A stretch of DNA of 32,000 nucleotides from Nitrososphaera viennensis EN76 (lineage in GTDB: Archaea > Thermoproteota > Nitrososphaeria > Nitrososphaerales > Nitrososphaeraceae), in contig NZ_CP007536.1 of NCBI RefSeq assembly GCF_000698785.1, forward strand, positions 1,530,001 to 1,562,000, written 5' to 3'. Positions 8,476-16,811 of the stretch are shown piece after piece; the stretch's first letter is position 1, and each line of letters starts with the position of its first letter. The notes under the pieces are model-generated. The model was not told the DNA's origin, did no database searches, and saw only the letters and a program-made list of their open reading frames with translations. Made by a program: the position numbers and the translations under genes.

Positions 8476-10299
8476 ATGAGCATGAAAGCGGTGATTATGG
8501 CGGCGGTGATGATGGCTATCGGAAAAAGAAGAAGGATATCGTCGCATGCGGCGGCCCTAGCGACTCTTCTTGTGATTATTGCGTTGCTGAATACAAGCTT
8601 TGAATCAAGCATTTTATTTCAGCAGCAAGGTCAACAATCATCATCCATTCAGGCCTTTGGGCAACAACAAGACGAGGAAGGCACCAGCAGCAACAACAAT
8701 AGCAACCTGATAAGCGGCGATGATAATAAGAATGATGATGGTGGTGCAGCTATCAACCTGAGCAACGATAACGGAACGTCATCCTTTTTCATGACAGCCG
8801 AAGATGTCAGCAGCAACGCCATGATAGCCGCCTCGGGTAATAATGTCTACGCAGTCTGGGTAGACAATAGCACAGGGCTGCTGGGCAGTTACGACATTTT
8901 CTTTGCAAGAAGTGCAGACGGCGGAGACTCTTTTGACAGTCCTGTGGACCTCAGCACGCCTATCCGGAACAATGGTAGCACATATGGGAATTCTTACTCG
9001 CCACAGATCGCTGTCTCTGGAAACAATGTCTATGTTACATGGATTGAAAGTGTTTACGCTCCTTCACAAGACAGACAAGACACCCACATACTATTTTTGA
9101 GGAGTGATGACGGCGGAAGTACCTTCCAGGGCCCCATTGACATAAGTGGCGGCACATCGGGAATTCCAGAACCAGAATCACTATCGCTTGCTTACCCGCT
9201 GTATTCCAGCAATCCACAGATCGCCGTTTCCAGAGATGATGATGATTATAATGAAGGTACCGTGTATGTTGTTTGGACTGTCCATCCATTAATAATACCA
9301 GCGACAGACACGCAGCAGCAAGAAGAACGGGTTGGAGAAGGAGACATTTTCTTTACCAGAATCGGGCCAGACGGATCATCAACCGAACCTGTAAACCTGA
9401 GCAACAATACAGGCGAATCGCGCTTTCCCCGCATAGGATTGTCGGGGTCCAATGATGTCTACGTGGCGTGGGCAGATGATACCTATGGCGATGGCGAGAT
9501 ATTTTTCAGGCACATCTCAGATAATGGCTCCACGCTTGGGCCAGTTGTCAATATCAGCAGCAACTATTTCCAGGACGACAAGCCGCAGATAGCGGCTGAT
9601 AGGAACAATGTGTATGCAATATGGCAAAACTATGGGAAAAATGAAACCGGCGGGACAGTAGGAGCAATAGGGTTTGCATCAAGCCAAGACAACGGCACCA
9701 CATTTGGCGAACCAATGTTGGTCATGACCACAAAGATTGATCCTGCTATAGGCCCACTCCATAACCTGGCCACCATTAGTACTGCTGCTGTTACTACTGC
9801 AGGCAGGAACCTCGATCAGACAGGCAACGTCAGCTCTAATGGCAATAATAATAATGATGATGATGTCTTTGTCGTCTGGTCCGACGGAACAATTGGAAAT
9901 CGCGACATATATTTCTCAAAAAACAATGCCACGAGCAACGACAGCCCCTTCTTCCCCTACTATTACTGGACCATAAGCGACAATGCAGGAGAGTCTCTCC
10001 TGCCAGAGATTGCGGTCTCGGGTAGCGGCAATGTCTATGTGGTCTGGATGGACAATGCTTCAGGGACATACGAGATATACTTTAGAGAAGCCAACTTTAC
10101 GACGACAACAAAAACAGCAACAAATGGCAATAATGATTTCGAAGTAACATTTTCAGACACCATAAATATTAGCAATACCACCGGCAACTCCATGTTCCCA
10201 CAGATAGCTGCAGAAGGTAACAACGTCTATGTCGCATGGGAAGAGTATGCCAGTGATGGCGAGAACCCGGAGATCTATTTCAAAAGGATAGAACGATGA
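8476..10299 (+). CDS. membrane-anchored Asp-box (BNR) beta-propeller protein, sialidase-like fold
   Basis: 607 aa with an N-terminal anchor (AAALATLLVIIALL). Asp-box motifs SADGGDSF, SDDGGSTF, SQDNGTTF and SDNGSTL are present. About 8 blade signatures recur (NNVYAVWVD, NNVYVTWIE, VYVVWTV, DVYVAWADD, NNVYAIWQN, VFVVWSDG, NVYVVWMDN, NNVYVAWEE). Confidence 0.7.
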   Translation: MSMKAVIMAAVMMAIGKRRRISSHAAALATLLVIIALLNTSFESSILFQQQGQQSSSIQAFGQQQDEEGTSSNNNSNLISGDDNKNDDGGAAINLSNDNGTSSFFMTAEDVSSNAMIAASGNNVYAVWVDNSTGLLGSYDIFFARSADGGDSFDSPVDLSTPIRNNGSTYGNSYSPQIAVSGNNVYVTWIESVYAPSQDRQDTHILFLRSDDGGSTFQGPIDISGGTSGIPEPESLSLAYPLYSSNPQIAVSRDDDDYNEGTVYVVWTVHPLIIPATDTQQQEERVGEGDIFFTRIGPDGSSTEPVNLSNNTGESRFPRIGLSGSNDVYVAWADDTYGDGEIFFRHISDNGSTLGPVVNISSNYFQDDKPQIAADRNNVYAIWQNYGKNETGGTVGAIGFASSQDNGTTFGEPMLVMTTKIDPAIGPLHNLATISTAAVTTAGRNLDQTGNVSSNGNNNNDDDVFVVWSDGTIGNRDIYFSKNNATSNDSPFFPYYYWTISDNAGESLLPEIAVSGSGNVYVVWMDNASGTYEIYFREANFTTTTKTATNGNNDFEVTFSDTINISNTTGNSMFPQIAAEGNNVYVAWEEYASDGENPEIYFKRIER

Positions 10300-10373
10300 G
10301 GCAAAAAGATTTTGGTAGTTCTTCTTCTTATTATTATTCCGCCGTCATGATAATAATTGTTGGAGATATATCA

Positions 10374-10619
10374 TCACTGATCTCTAGGCTTCTTTAGTAC
10401 GGCTTCCAACTTCATGCCGTTTTCTATTTTCAATATTTTTTTGTCATCCTTTACGGGTTTTTCTTTGCTGTCGTTAGAAAAGTAAAGCGCATACTCGGTA
10501 GGGGCAAAGCCTGCCCTCTCCAGCACCTCTTCAGCAGTAAGTGACTCTTCAATGATTGGGGTCTCTTTGCCGTTTACAAAGACCATCTTTTCCTTTGTGA
10601 CGCGTGTTAGGTCAACCAT
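10374..10619 (-). CDS. small beta-grasp (ubiquitin-like, multiubiquitin-type pattern) protein without a C-terminal GG
   Basis: 81 aa. The pattern MVFVNGKETPIIEESLTAEEVLERAGFAPTEYALYF...ILKIENGMKLEAV reads as strand-strand-helix-strand-strand, like beta-grasp/multiubiquitin domains. It ends KKPRDQ, so it is not a SAMP/ThiS/MoaD-type conjugatable tail. Confidence 0.45.
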   Translation of the reverse strand: MVDLTRVTKEKMVFVNGKETPIIEESLTAEEVLERAGFAPTEYALYFSNDSKEKPVKDDKKILKIENGMKLEAVLKKPRDQ

Positions 10620-10794
10620 ATTTCAAGCCACAAGTACACACTTGCAATAATGATTCAAATGATTTTCTGGCTCCCCGCAGTGAACGAAGCTTGCTATTGT
10701 AACATTTCCTAGAGATAACGAACTTCTGGAGGCCGTGATGCTCCTGATGAACCAGAAGATAGTCATAAAGTCATAATAATAATTAAAGAGTGTT

Positions 10795-11634
10795 TTAGAC
10801 GGCTTCAGGCATACCAGGCGGATTAGAGATAAAGCGAATGCCTGCAATCGTCTTTCCAGAAGCGACAGCGTATCGAATATTTTTTCCATCATCCTTGACA
10901 GCCGGGTTTTCGAATGAAACAGGATATTCTTTCACTCCACTAACGCCGTCCCTGTTTGGTATCAACATGTTGTATGGACGGTAATCGATCGTCCTCCTAG
11001 TTGACATCCCATCATCATAGGTGGCTTGGCCGAAACTCAGGTTTGAGACTTCCACCTTGTATCTAACTGGGAAGGGAGTGTTGCCATTACTGCCGCCAGC
11101 CTTGTTCCACCATTCTATTCCTGTAAAATGATTGCCTCCCTGATACGAAAATCCTTTATTATTATCTTCCGAAGAGACATCGAAAACAAAAGCTTCATTT
11201 TGTTCCGTACTGAGGTCTGTTAATGAAAATTCAATTGACTTCTTTTCCTTTTTCATTATTATCTCACGGAGATAAGAGTGTCCTACGGCAGGAAGGACTT
11301 TGGTGAACTTGTATCGATTGATCCCCCTAAAGATCGCCCAAAAATTGTCCCTATCATTGAACTGACATATCAGATCAAGCTCCAGGGCAGCCGCTGTATT
11401 CTTGTCAAATAATTCAAGCAGGTAAAGCATCCAGGACTTGTCAGGGATATGGTTTCCGAGGTCTTCCAAGATGGTCAGAGTATCAGAAATTGCAATGACA
11501 TTGGGTGGGTAGGATGGGGATGGCGGCCGCTTGACGTGAGCAGTTGTTGATGATACCGGAGTTAGAGTTGTAGAGGAGGAGGATGATGATGGCGCTCGTA
11601 GGCAAAGTGAACCAACCCAGAAATGGTTTGCCAT
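10795..11634 (-). CDS. hypothetical protein (Ser/Thr/Pro linker, then helical and beta-rich domains)
   Basis: The long ORF has no recognisable motif. I chose the ATG at 11634 (MANHFWVGSLC); the track start at 11712 is a TTG. It lies upstream of the beta-grasp gene and on the same strand. Confidence 0.5.
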   Translation of the reverse strand: MANHFWVGSLCLRAPSSSSSSTTLTPVSSTTAHVKRPPSPSYPPNVIAISDTLTILEDLGNHIPDKSWMLYLLELFDKNTAAALELDLICQFNDRDNFWAIFRGINRYKFTKVLPAVGHSYLREIIMKKEKKSIEFSLTDLSTEQNEAFVFDVSSEDNNKGFSYQGGNHFTGIEWWNKAGGSNGNTPFPVRYKVEVSNLSFGQATYDDGMSTRRTIDYRPYNMLIPNRDGVSGVKEYPVSFENPAVKDDGKNIRYAVASGKTIAGIRFISNPPGMPEAV

Positions 11635-11959
11635 TTTAGGATGTGCCTCCCTCCCTCTTTTCTTATCTTGCGCAAGACACGTATTAAAAAGTACGGAACA
11701 AGACGCTGTCAACTATTTGTACGCTGCCGATTTCAAGTGATCTAACTGAAATTCATGCTCAATATCGCTAGCGAGCAAGCAAAAACCCGCATATTCAGCA
11801 GTGCCAGCTTTTGACCAGGATAGATTTGAACGCACTGAACGGTTGTTGGTCGGGTATAATATTTAGCGAGCAAAAATCAGATAATTTTTATTGTGATATC
11901 TTTACCTTACGAGTTTACCGAATGTATTTAAAAAATTATGACAGTGTAGCTGGAAGAAC

Positions 11960-12916
11960 TTGCGACTAACGAAAAATATCTTCGAAAGTGTCACCGGGAA
12001 GCTCATCAGGACAGGTCTTCTGCTTTCACTTTTCATGATTGTTCTTACTGTTTCGATTCCGATGAAACCGATTGCGTTTGCAGCGGATTCTTCTAGTAAT
12101 AATCATACGGAAGAGCTCAGGAGTTTACACGAACAATTTGCGAAAGAGGCCAATGTCGCAAATAATGTTGTCGTTGCTGCTGTCGCCGGTGATTCTGCCG
12201 ATAACTCTGGTAAGAAAACCGATTGGTCAGACATTGAGTATGCCCGTGACAAGAATAATATCACGATGGTGGATTACAAAAACCTCTTTGGCCTGCAAAT
12301 AGGCAAAGTCTACAATCCTAACTTTGTCGACGATGCTGACTGGTTTCTCAAAAACTATGAAGATCATGGCAATTATTACCTGGTACCGTATAACTACGAC
12401 TGGTTCTTTTATTCTCACATACCAGCTCCCTGGTACGGATGTGAGGCTCAGAGTAAGGCGATGCTCGTGACCGCCAAAGAATACAATGAGACAGGAGATC
12501 GCAGATACCTGGAATTTTCCAAAAAAGTACTCAATGGCTTTAATTCCACAACCATGAACCATGACGGATGGCTTTTGGGCGTGGTGGGAAAGAACCACAA
12601 TGTCGCCATACTGAACAGTCAGCTGTTTTGCGTTGCGAATTTGATGACTTATTACGAATACACAGGGGACGAGAAGGCGCTGACATTATTTCAGAGTGGG
12701 GTAGACGTATTAGAGAAGAACATCGGTAACCTGACGGCAGATTGTGGCACATACTATTCCCTGTTTAAAGATAGGTTCGTGCCGCACCACGAGCATCCCG
12801 AATACATGGAGATGCTGGACAGGCTCTATTCTATGACGGGCAGCGCCACGCTGAAAAACACGCTGGATAAATGGCAGCATGACTACCTAGCCTGCGGCAA
12901 AGGCAGCCCTCAGTAA
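11960..12916 (+). CDS. secreted D-glucuronyl C5-epimerase C-terminal-domain-like protein (alpha/alpha barrel)
   Basis: The N-terminal signal/anchor is LLLSLFMIVLTVSIPMKPIAFAADSS. APWYGCEAQSKAMLVTAKEYNETGDRRYLEFSKKVLNGF matches the pWySAMaQGqaiS...Y..tgd..YL pattern of the C5-epimerase C-terminal family. A later segment (ILNSQLFCVANLMTYYEYTGDEKALTLF...YMEMLDRLYSMTG) also matches. The start codon is TTG. Confidence 0.5.
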   Translation: MRLTKNIFESVTGKLIRTGLLLSLFMIVLTVSIPMKPIAFAADSSSNNHTEELRSLHEQFAKEANVANNVVVAAVAGDSADNSGKKTDWSDIEYARDKNNITMVDYKNLFGLQIGKVYNPNFVDDADWFLKNYEDHGNYYLVPYNYDWFFYSHIPAPWYGCEAQSKAMLVTAKEYNETGDRRYLEFSKKVLNGFNSTTMNHDGWLLGVVGKNHNVAILNSQLFCVANLMTYYEYTGDEKALTLFQSGVDVLEKNIGNLTADCGTYYSLFKDRFVPHHEHPEYMEMLDRLYSMTGSATLKNTLDKWQHDYLACGKGSPQ

Positions 12917-13146
12917 AAAGTCAGGCAAACGTATACTTCAGAATGCCACACACACGCATAAAAAAAAGAATATGTGAACTGGGGTGCTGTCAGTCTGCGG
13001 TTGCCAACATTCAAGAATTGCACATACCATCAACCGGCAACTTGGCAGTTCTGCCGTATATGCTATCTTTAGTGCCCCGCCTACGACAAAACTCGATAAC
13101 GGGGGGGGGTGAAGTGCAAGATCCCCGGTGTGGACACGGTTGGATT

Positions 13147-13791
13147 CTACCGTGAGTGGACCACCCCCTTGCCCGACTGGCGCAGAACAGTGAAATGACA
13201 GTAGGTGTCCTCGAGGTTGAGGGCGATTGAGGCCATCGTCTTGGTGGTACCACTGCCGATCTCCGCGAGGTCGAACTTGATCCCATTCGGGAGGTTGATG
13301 CGGACGCGATGCTCAGCCCCCGTCGCAGGGCTTCGGATCGGACGGGCGGTGGACTCGAGCACGTCGGGGATCACGATGCGTGCTTTTCGGCGCTCGATAT
13401 TCACGTCAAAGTCGATGTGTTTGAAAAGCGGAGGATGGACGGTGCTTGACATCATCCGATAGACCCACCAATGGGTCGCCCCCTCGCTGGTCTCGCCACC
13501 GTACAGGACGGTAGCAAGAGCGTCTCGTTGCTTGCCGTCCGCCCGCTCATCGATGACGGCCTGACACTCGCCGTTGCCCTCGTAGATCGGTCCCGGGAAG
13601 GCGTAGAGGAGGGCTGCGCCGAGGCCATCGAGCGCCACGTCTCCAAAGTGGCCCTTATCGATGCGAACGGCCGCGAAGCCGCGGCAGTATCCGTGCGTGG
13701 GGCGGCGTGACTCGAACTGACAAGGGCAGGCGTAGTCGCAGTTGCAATTGCTGAACTCGGCTCCTTCGATGTACCAGTCAACCTGTGCCAT
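13147..13791 (-). CDS. DUF1326 family protein (bacterial type)
   Basis: The sequence MAQVDWYIEGAEFSNCNCDYACPCQF...GYCRGFAAVRIDKGHFGDVALDGLGAAL...IDERADGKQRDALATVLYGG matches the DUF1326 signature (W.l.G..C.C...CPC.F, G.yGDV.LDGL, DERA..QRDAL). GC is about 63% against about 40-50% in the flanks. A GGAGGG Shine-Dalgarno-like element sits 5 nt upstream of the ATG at 13791. Confidence 0.75.
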   Translation of the reverse strand: MAQVDWYIEGAEFSNCNCDYACPCQFESRRPTHGYCRGFAAVRIDKGHFGDVALDGLGAALLYAFPGPIYEGNGECQAVIDERADGKQRDALATVLYGGETSEGATHWWVYRMMSSTVHPPLFKHIDFDVNIERRKARIVIPDVLESTARPIRSPATGAEHRVRINLPNGIKFDLAEIGSGTTKTMASIALNLEDTYCHFTVLRQSGKGVVHSR

Positions 13792-13897
13792 GGTGCCCTC
13801 CGTCAGAACCACCTCCCGACGACGACATGATGATGCTCGCGTGCTGCGCCGAGACGACGACGAGGATGACGAGAAGCGGAACGCGGGTGATGTTCAT
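13778..13897 (-). CDS. possible 39-aa signal-peptide-like mini-ORF upstream of DUF1326
   Basis: The peptide is MNITRVPLLVILVVVSAQHASIIMSSSGGGSDGGHHGTG. It is preceded by GGGAGG plus a 5-nt spacer and overlaps the DUF1326 start by 14 nt. It has the same high GC as DUF1326. No homology is recognised. Confidence 0.2.
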   Translation of the reverse strand: MNITRVPLLVILVVVSAQHASIIMSSSGGGSDGGHHGTG

Positions 13898-14168
13898 GGC
13901 TGCCTCCCGCTGACTGAGTGGCTGGAATATCGATTTTGTTCTGATTGCCAAGCGTCTTGCGTCAATCAGGGTCATATTTTATTACACGAAAAGGTTTGCT
14001 ATTAGTCTTTGATGAAATTGTCATTCCTGGTCTATCTACTCGCAAAATTCTAGCATCACCCTAATTCAACACGCGATGACCCGAATTCAGCAGGCAGTCG
14101 GTTTTCACCCGATTTTTCACCAGTGTCCAAAAGCGAGCTCGATAAATAAGACTTGACGTATTCTATAT

Positions 14169-14555
14169 GTGGAGGATTGTTTGTGTGTGTCTGACGCAAA
14201 ATTGTTCTATGACCTGAAAGAAAGGGCAAAGTGGTCACGCGATGTTGAAGAAAAGAAGGCAGCCATCAAGCAGTTGTCATCCCTCGGTGAAAAAGCCCTT
14301 CCCTCTTTGGAAGAAATCCTGAGTGTAACGGCCTACGAGGACATCAAGGCGACCTGCCTTGATGCAATAAAATCAATCAAAGAAGGAAAGGAAAAGGAGG
14401 CGGCGGTGGTAATGGATAAACAACCGTCAGCTTCTACGGCCAGTGCAGCAGCTACTGCTACTGCAGATGATGTTAAAAAAAAGGAGCAAGAAAAGGCGGC
14501 CGAAGGAGGCGAGGCAAGCAAGGCCAGACCAAAGCTAGCTGACTTGCCTCCTTGA
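14169..14555 (+). CDS. small HEAT-repeat-like protein with a low-complexity acidic/Ala tail
   Basis: DVEEKKAAIKQLSSLGEKALPSLEEILSVTAYEDIKATCLDAIKSI resembles PBS-lyase/HEAT-like repeats. The start is GTG, and the first in-frame Met lies far inside the ORF. Confidence 0.4.
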   Translation: MEDCLCVSDAKLFYDLKERAKWSRDVEEKKAAIKQLSSLGEKALPSLEEILSVTAYEDIKATCLDAIKSIKEGKEKEAAVVMDKQPSASTASAAATATADDVKKKEQEKAAEGGEASKARPKLADLPP

Positions 14556-14782
14556 ATTTTTTTTACTACACATTGTTCCAACTTACTTGGGCACATGAAA
14601 TTCTCAGGTCCTGTTTGATCTGCAGGCTCTAGTTGAATATATGTGACCGACTATTATCATCACAGGAGTTGAATTATGGCATATGTCACATAGTACAGAG
14701 GGCCAGCTCTACATCCCCTATTTGAGAGCCACAGTTGTAGAGCCTAACTTTTCAACAGCAGTGTCCTGCGAGATCTTATAAC

Positions 14783-15889
14783 GTGGTTCGATTCCGGTAT
14801 CTCGCATTGGTCAAGCCAACAGTCGTTTCTCCCGATGATGTACAGAACGACTACGAGGAGCCTTGGCAATCGCCAAACGCCATCGGCGTAAATTTTGGTG
14901 CAGCTCAGGCAGCCTACTATCAAAACCGGCCAGACGAAAACCCACCTTTCTTTTATGTTGAGGATTCCATGAAGATCTTCCGGCAGGCCGGGATCCGCAC
15001 GATCCGGGTCCCTTTCTATTGGGAGAGCTACGAGCGCAACCGGCAGGAATTCTACAAAGACCTGTTTCATATTCTGGAACAAGCCAGCATCAACAACCTG
15101 CAGGTTGTCCTGGATAACCATCAGTGGGAAACGGGCAGCTGGCTTGGATGGGGCCTTGGCTTTCCCAATTCTATCCTGTCAGTATATTATCCCAAGGGCT
15201 CCGGGCAACCAAACTATGACCATGTCAGAGACTTTTGGTTTCGATTTTGGGACAGGACAGCCAGAGACAGCAATGGCCGTGATGTATGGGAACTGCACGT
15301 CGAATTCTTCAAAGAGGTGGTTACGCTGACAAGGGACCATCCGGCCGTCGTTGCCTACGAGATACTGAATGAGCCCGAGGTTTGGCGTAAAGCGGATTAC
15401 TTCAAAATCAGCCAGTACAATGCTTTCATGCTTGGCCAGCTACGGCCGCTGGCACGGAGCTGGCACAGGTTTGTCATCTCCTGGGCTCTGCCAAGAGGAG
15501 GCGTGACAGACACCGCGGGACGCCAAAGGAGCCAGTTTGCCGGCCTGCCGGATCTCCGGGATCTTATCTATGATGGCCACGCCTATCCGCCGAACCATTT
15601 CCGCTTTTCCTACTTTCGCTCTATCGTTGCTCCACTGGGCTTGCCGCTATGGATTGGCGAATTCAATTCCGGGTTTACAGCAGGGGTCACGCTTGGCAAG
15701 AAACAGCTGTTTCAATACATACGCAGGTTCAAGAACAGCGGCGTTTGCGGCTGGCAGCTGTGGAAATTCGACTATAGATTTGATTCTAACATACCGGCAT
15801 TTAATCTAGCTCGGATAATCAACAACAGAATCAAACCTGCAGAACCCTTTTACCATCTAGCAGAAGCAATCAGCACCATAAAGCCATAA
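14783..15889 (+). CDS. glycoside hydrolase family 5 (cellulase/mannanase superfamily)
   Basis: All GH5 landmark residues are in order: IRTIRVPFYWE (Arg), VVLDNHQW (His), YEILNEPEV (acid/base Glu), DGHAYPP (His-x-Tyr), LWIGEFNSG (nucleophile Glu), GWQLWKF (Trp). The start is GTG, directly after a TAA. No signal peptide is present. Confidence 0.8.
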   Translation: MVRFRYLALVKPTVVSPDDVQNDYEEPWQSPNAIGVNFGAAQAAYYQNRPDENPPFFYVEDSMKIFRQAGIRTIRVPFYWESYERNRQEFYKDLFHILEQASINNLQVVLDNHQWETGSWLGWGLGFPNSILSVYYPKGSGQPNYDHVRDFWFRFWDRTARDSNGRDVWELHVEFFKEVVTLTRDHPAVVAYEILNEPEVWRKADYFKISQYNAFMLGQLRPLARSWHRFVISWALPRGGVTDTAGRQRSQFAGLPDLRDLIYDGHAYPPNHFRFSYFRSIVAPLGLPLWIGEFNSGFTAGVTLGKKQLFQYIRRFKNSGVCGWQLWKFDYRFDSNIPAFNLARIINNRIKPAEPFYHLAEAISTIKP

Positions 15890-16517
15890 TGCTTGGCGAC
15901 CCCGGACACGTACACACTGCGGCATTGGCGTAGGCTGACCCAGATCCGAGGTAAAAAAAATCTCCAGCCGACGACGAATTCCGCGCCTCTTGTCAGAAGC
16001 GCGGGACGTGATGAACGCTTACTCTGGCGGGCCGACTGTAACAACTCAGGTGATCAGGGGAGCAGTATCAGTCGATCTTGAGGGGACCTCCCTTGCCCAG
16101 ATGACCTTGCTGCTCAGCCTGACCCCGTTGTTATTGATTACAGGAGCAGCTTACTATATTAGCAAATAGAATATTGTACTATAATTAAATGACTTGTTTG
16201 TTCAAAAATTAGCCTTCACTGGGCGCAGGTTGGCTCGGTTGGCTGAAAGAAATCATACTGATTAGAGCCTATTAATCGTCTGTTCTATAACATTTCTACT
16301 TTTCCTTCCAGGATACAAGGTTGCCCCGAAGGATGCTAAAATCATACACCGTTCTACCCTCAGAGGATTCTGGCACTCTATTCAACAAAGAGGATTTTTA
16401 AATAATAGCCTTACATACAACTAACAAAGTTGCACAGGCTAGAAGAAGAAGAGTGCGCCAATTTTGCTTTTTGCTGCCAGAAAAGAGTACAACAGCAGAG
16501 GGAGAGTGAGTGACTGA

Positions 16518-16811
16518 TTGTCAGTGTATGACCGGCGACAGGTCGTATCCGAGATCCAAAAGACGTTACGTGAATTCTTGTTTACCGAAACCGAGGTTTT
16601 CTACTACCATCTTGAAAATGTAGGTGTAAGCCGTGACGAAATACTGGACAAGCCAGAGCAGTTCGTTGATGCGCTTCACGACATCTTTGGAAACGGAGCC
16701 GCGCTGATAGAAAGCGCCATCATATCAGAGATATCAAGCCAGAATACGGGCTCCACCGCAGAGCAGAGCCTTGTTGATGTACTAAAGTCCATCGAGAGGA
16801 GGGCGAAATGA
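16518..16811 (+). CDS. small helical protein, first gene of the GT2 module
   Basis: 97 aa with no internal Met (start TTG 16518 or GTG 16524). Its stop overlaps the start of the next ORF as ATGA. The motif VFYYHLENVGVSRDEILDKPEQFVDALHDIFGNGAALIESAII resembles small thaumarchaeal domains, but I could not verify this. Confidence 0.5.
   Translation: MSVYDRRQVVSEIQKTLREFLFTETEVFYYHLENVGVSRDEILDKPEQFVDALHDIFGNGAALIESAIISEISSQNTGSTAEQSLVDVLKSIERRAK

Noticed and set aside
10623-10892. An 89-aa minus-strand ORF between the beta-grasp gene and the unknown 280-aa gene.
   Set aside because: It overlaps the 3' end of the 280-aa gene in another frame and has no motifs. It is probably intergenic sequence containing a 7-bp inverted repeat (CTTCTGG...CCAGAAG).
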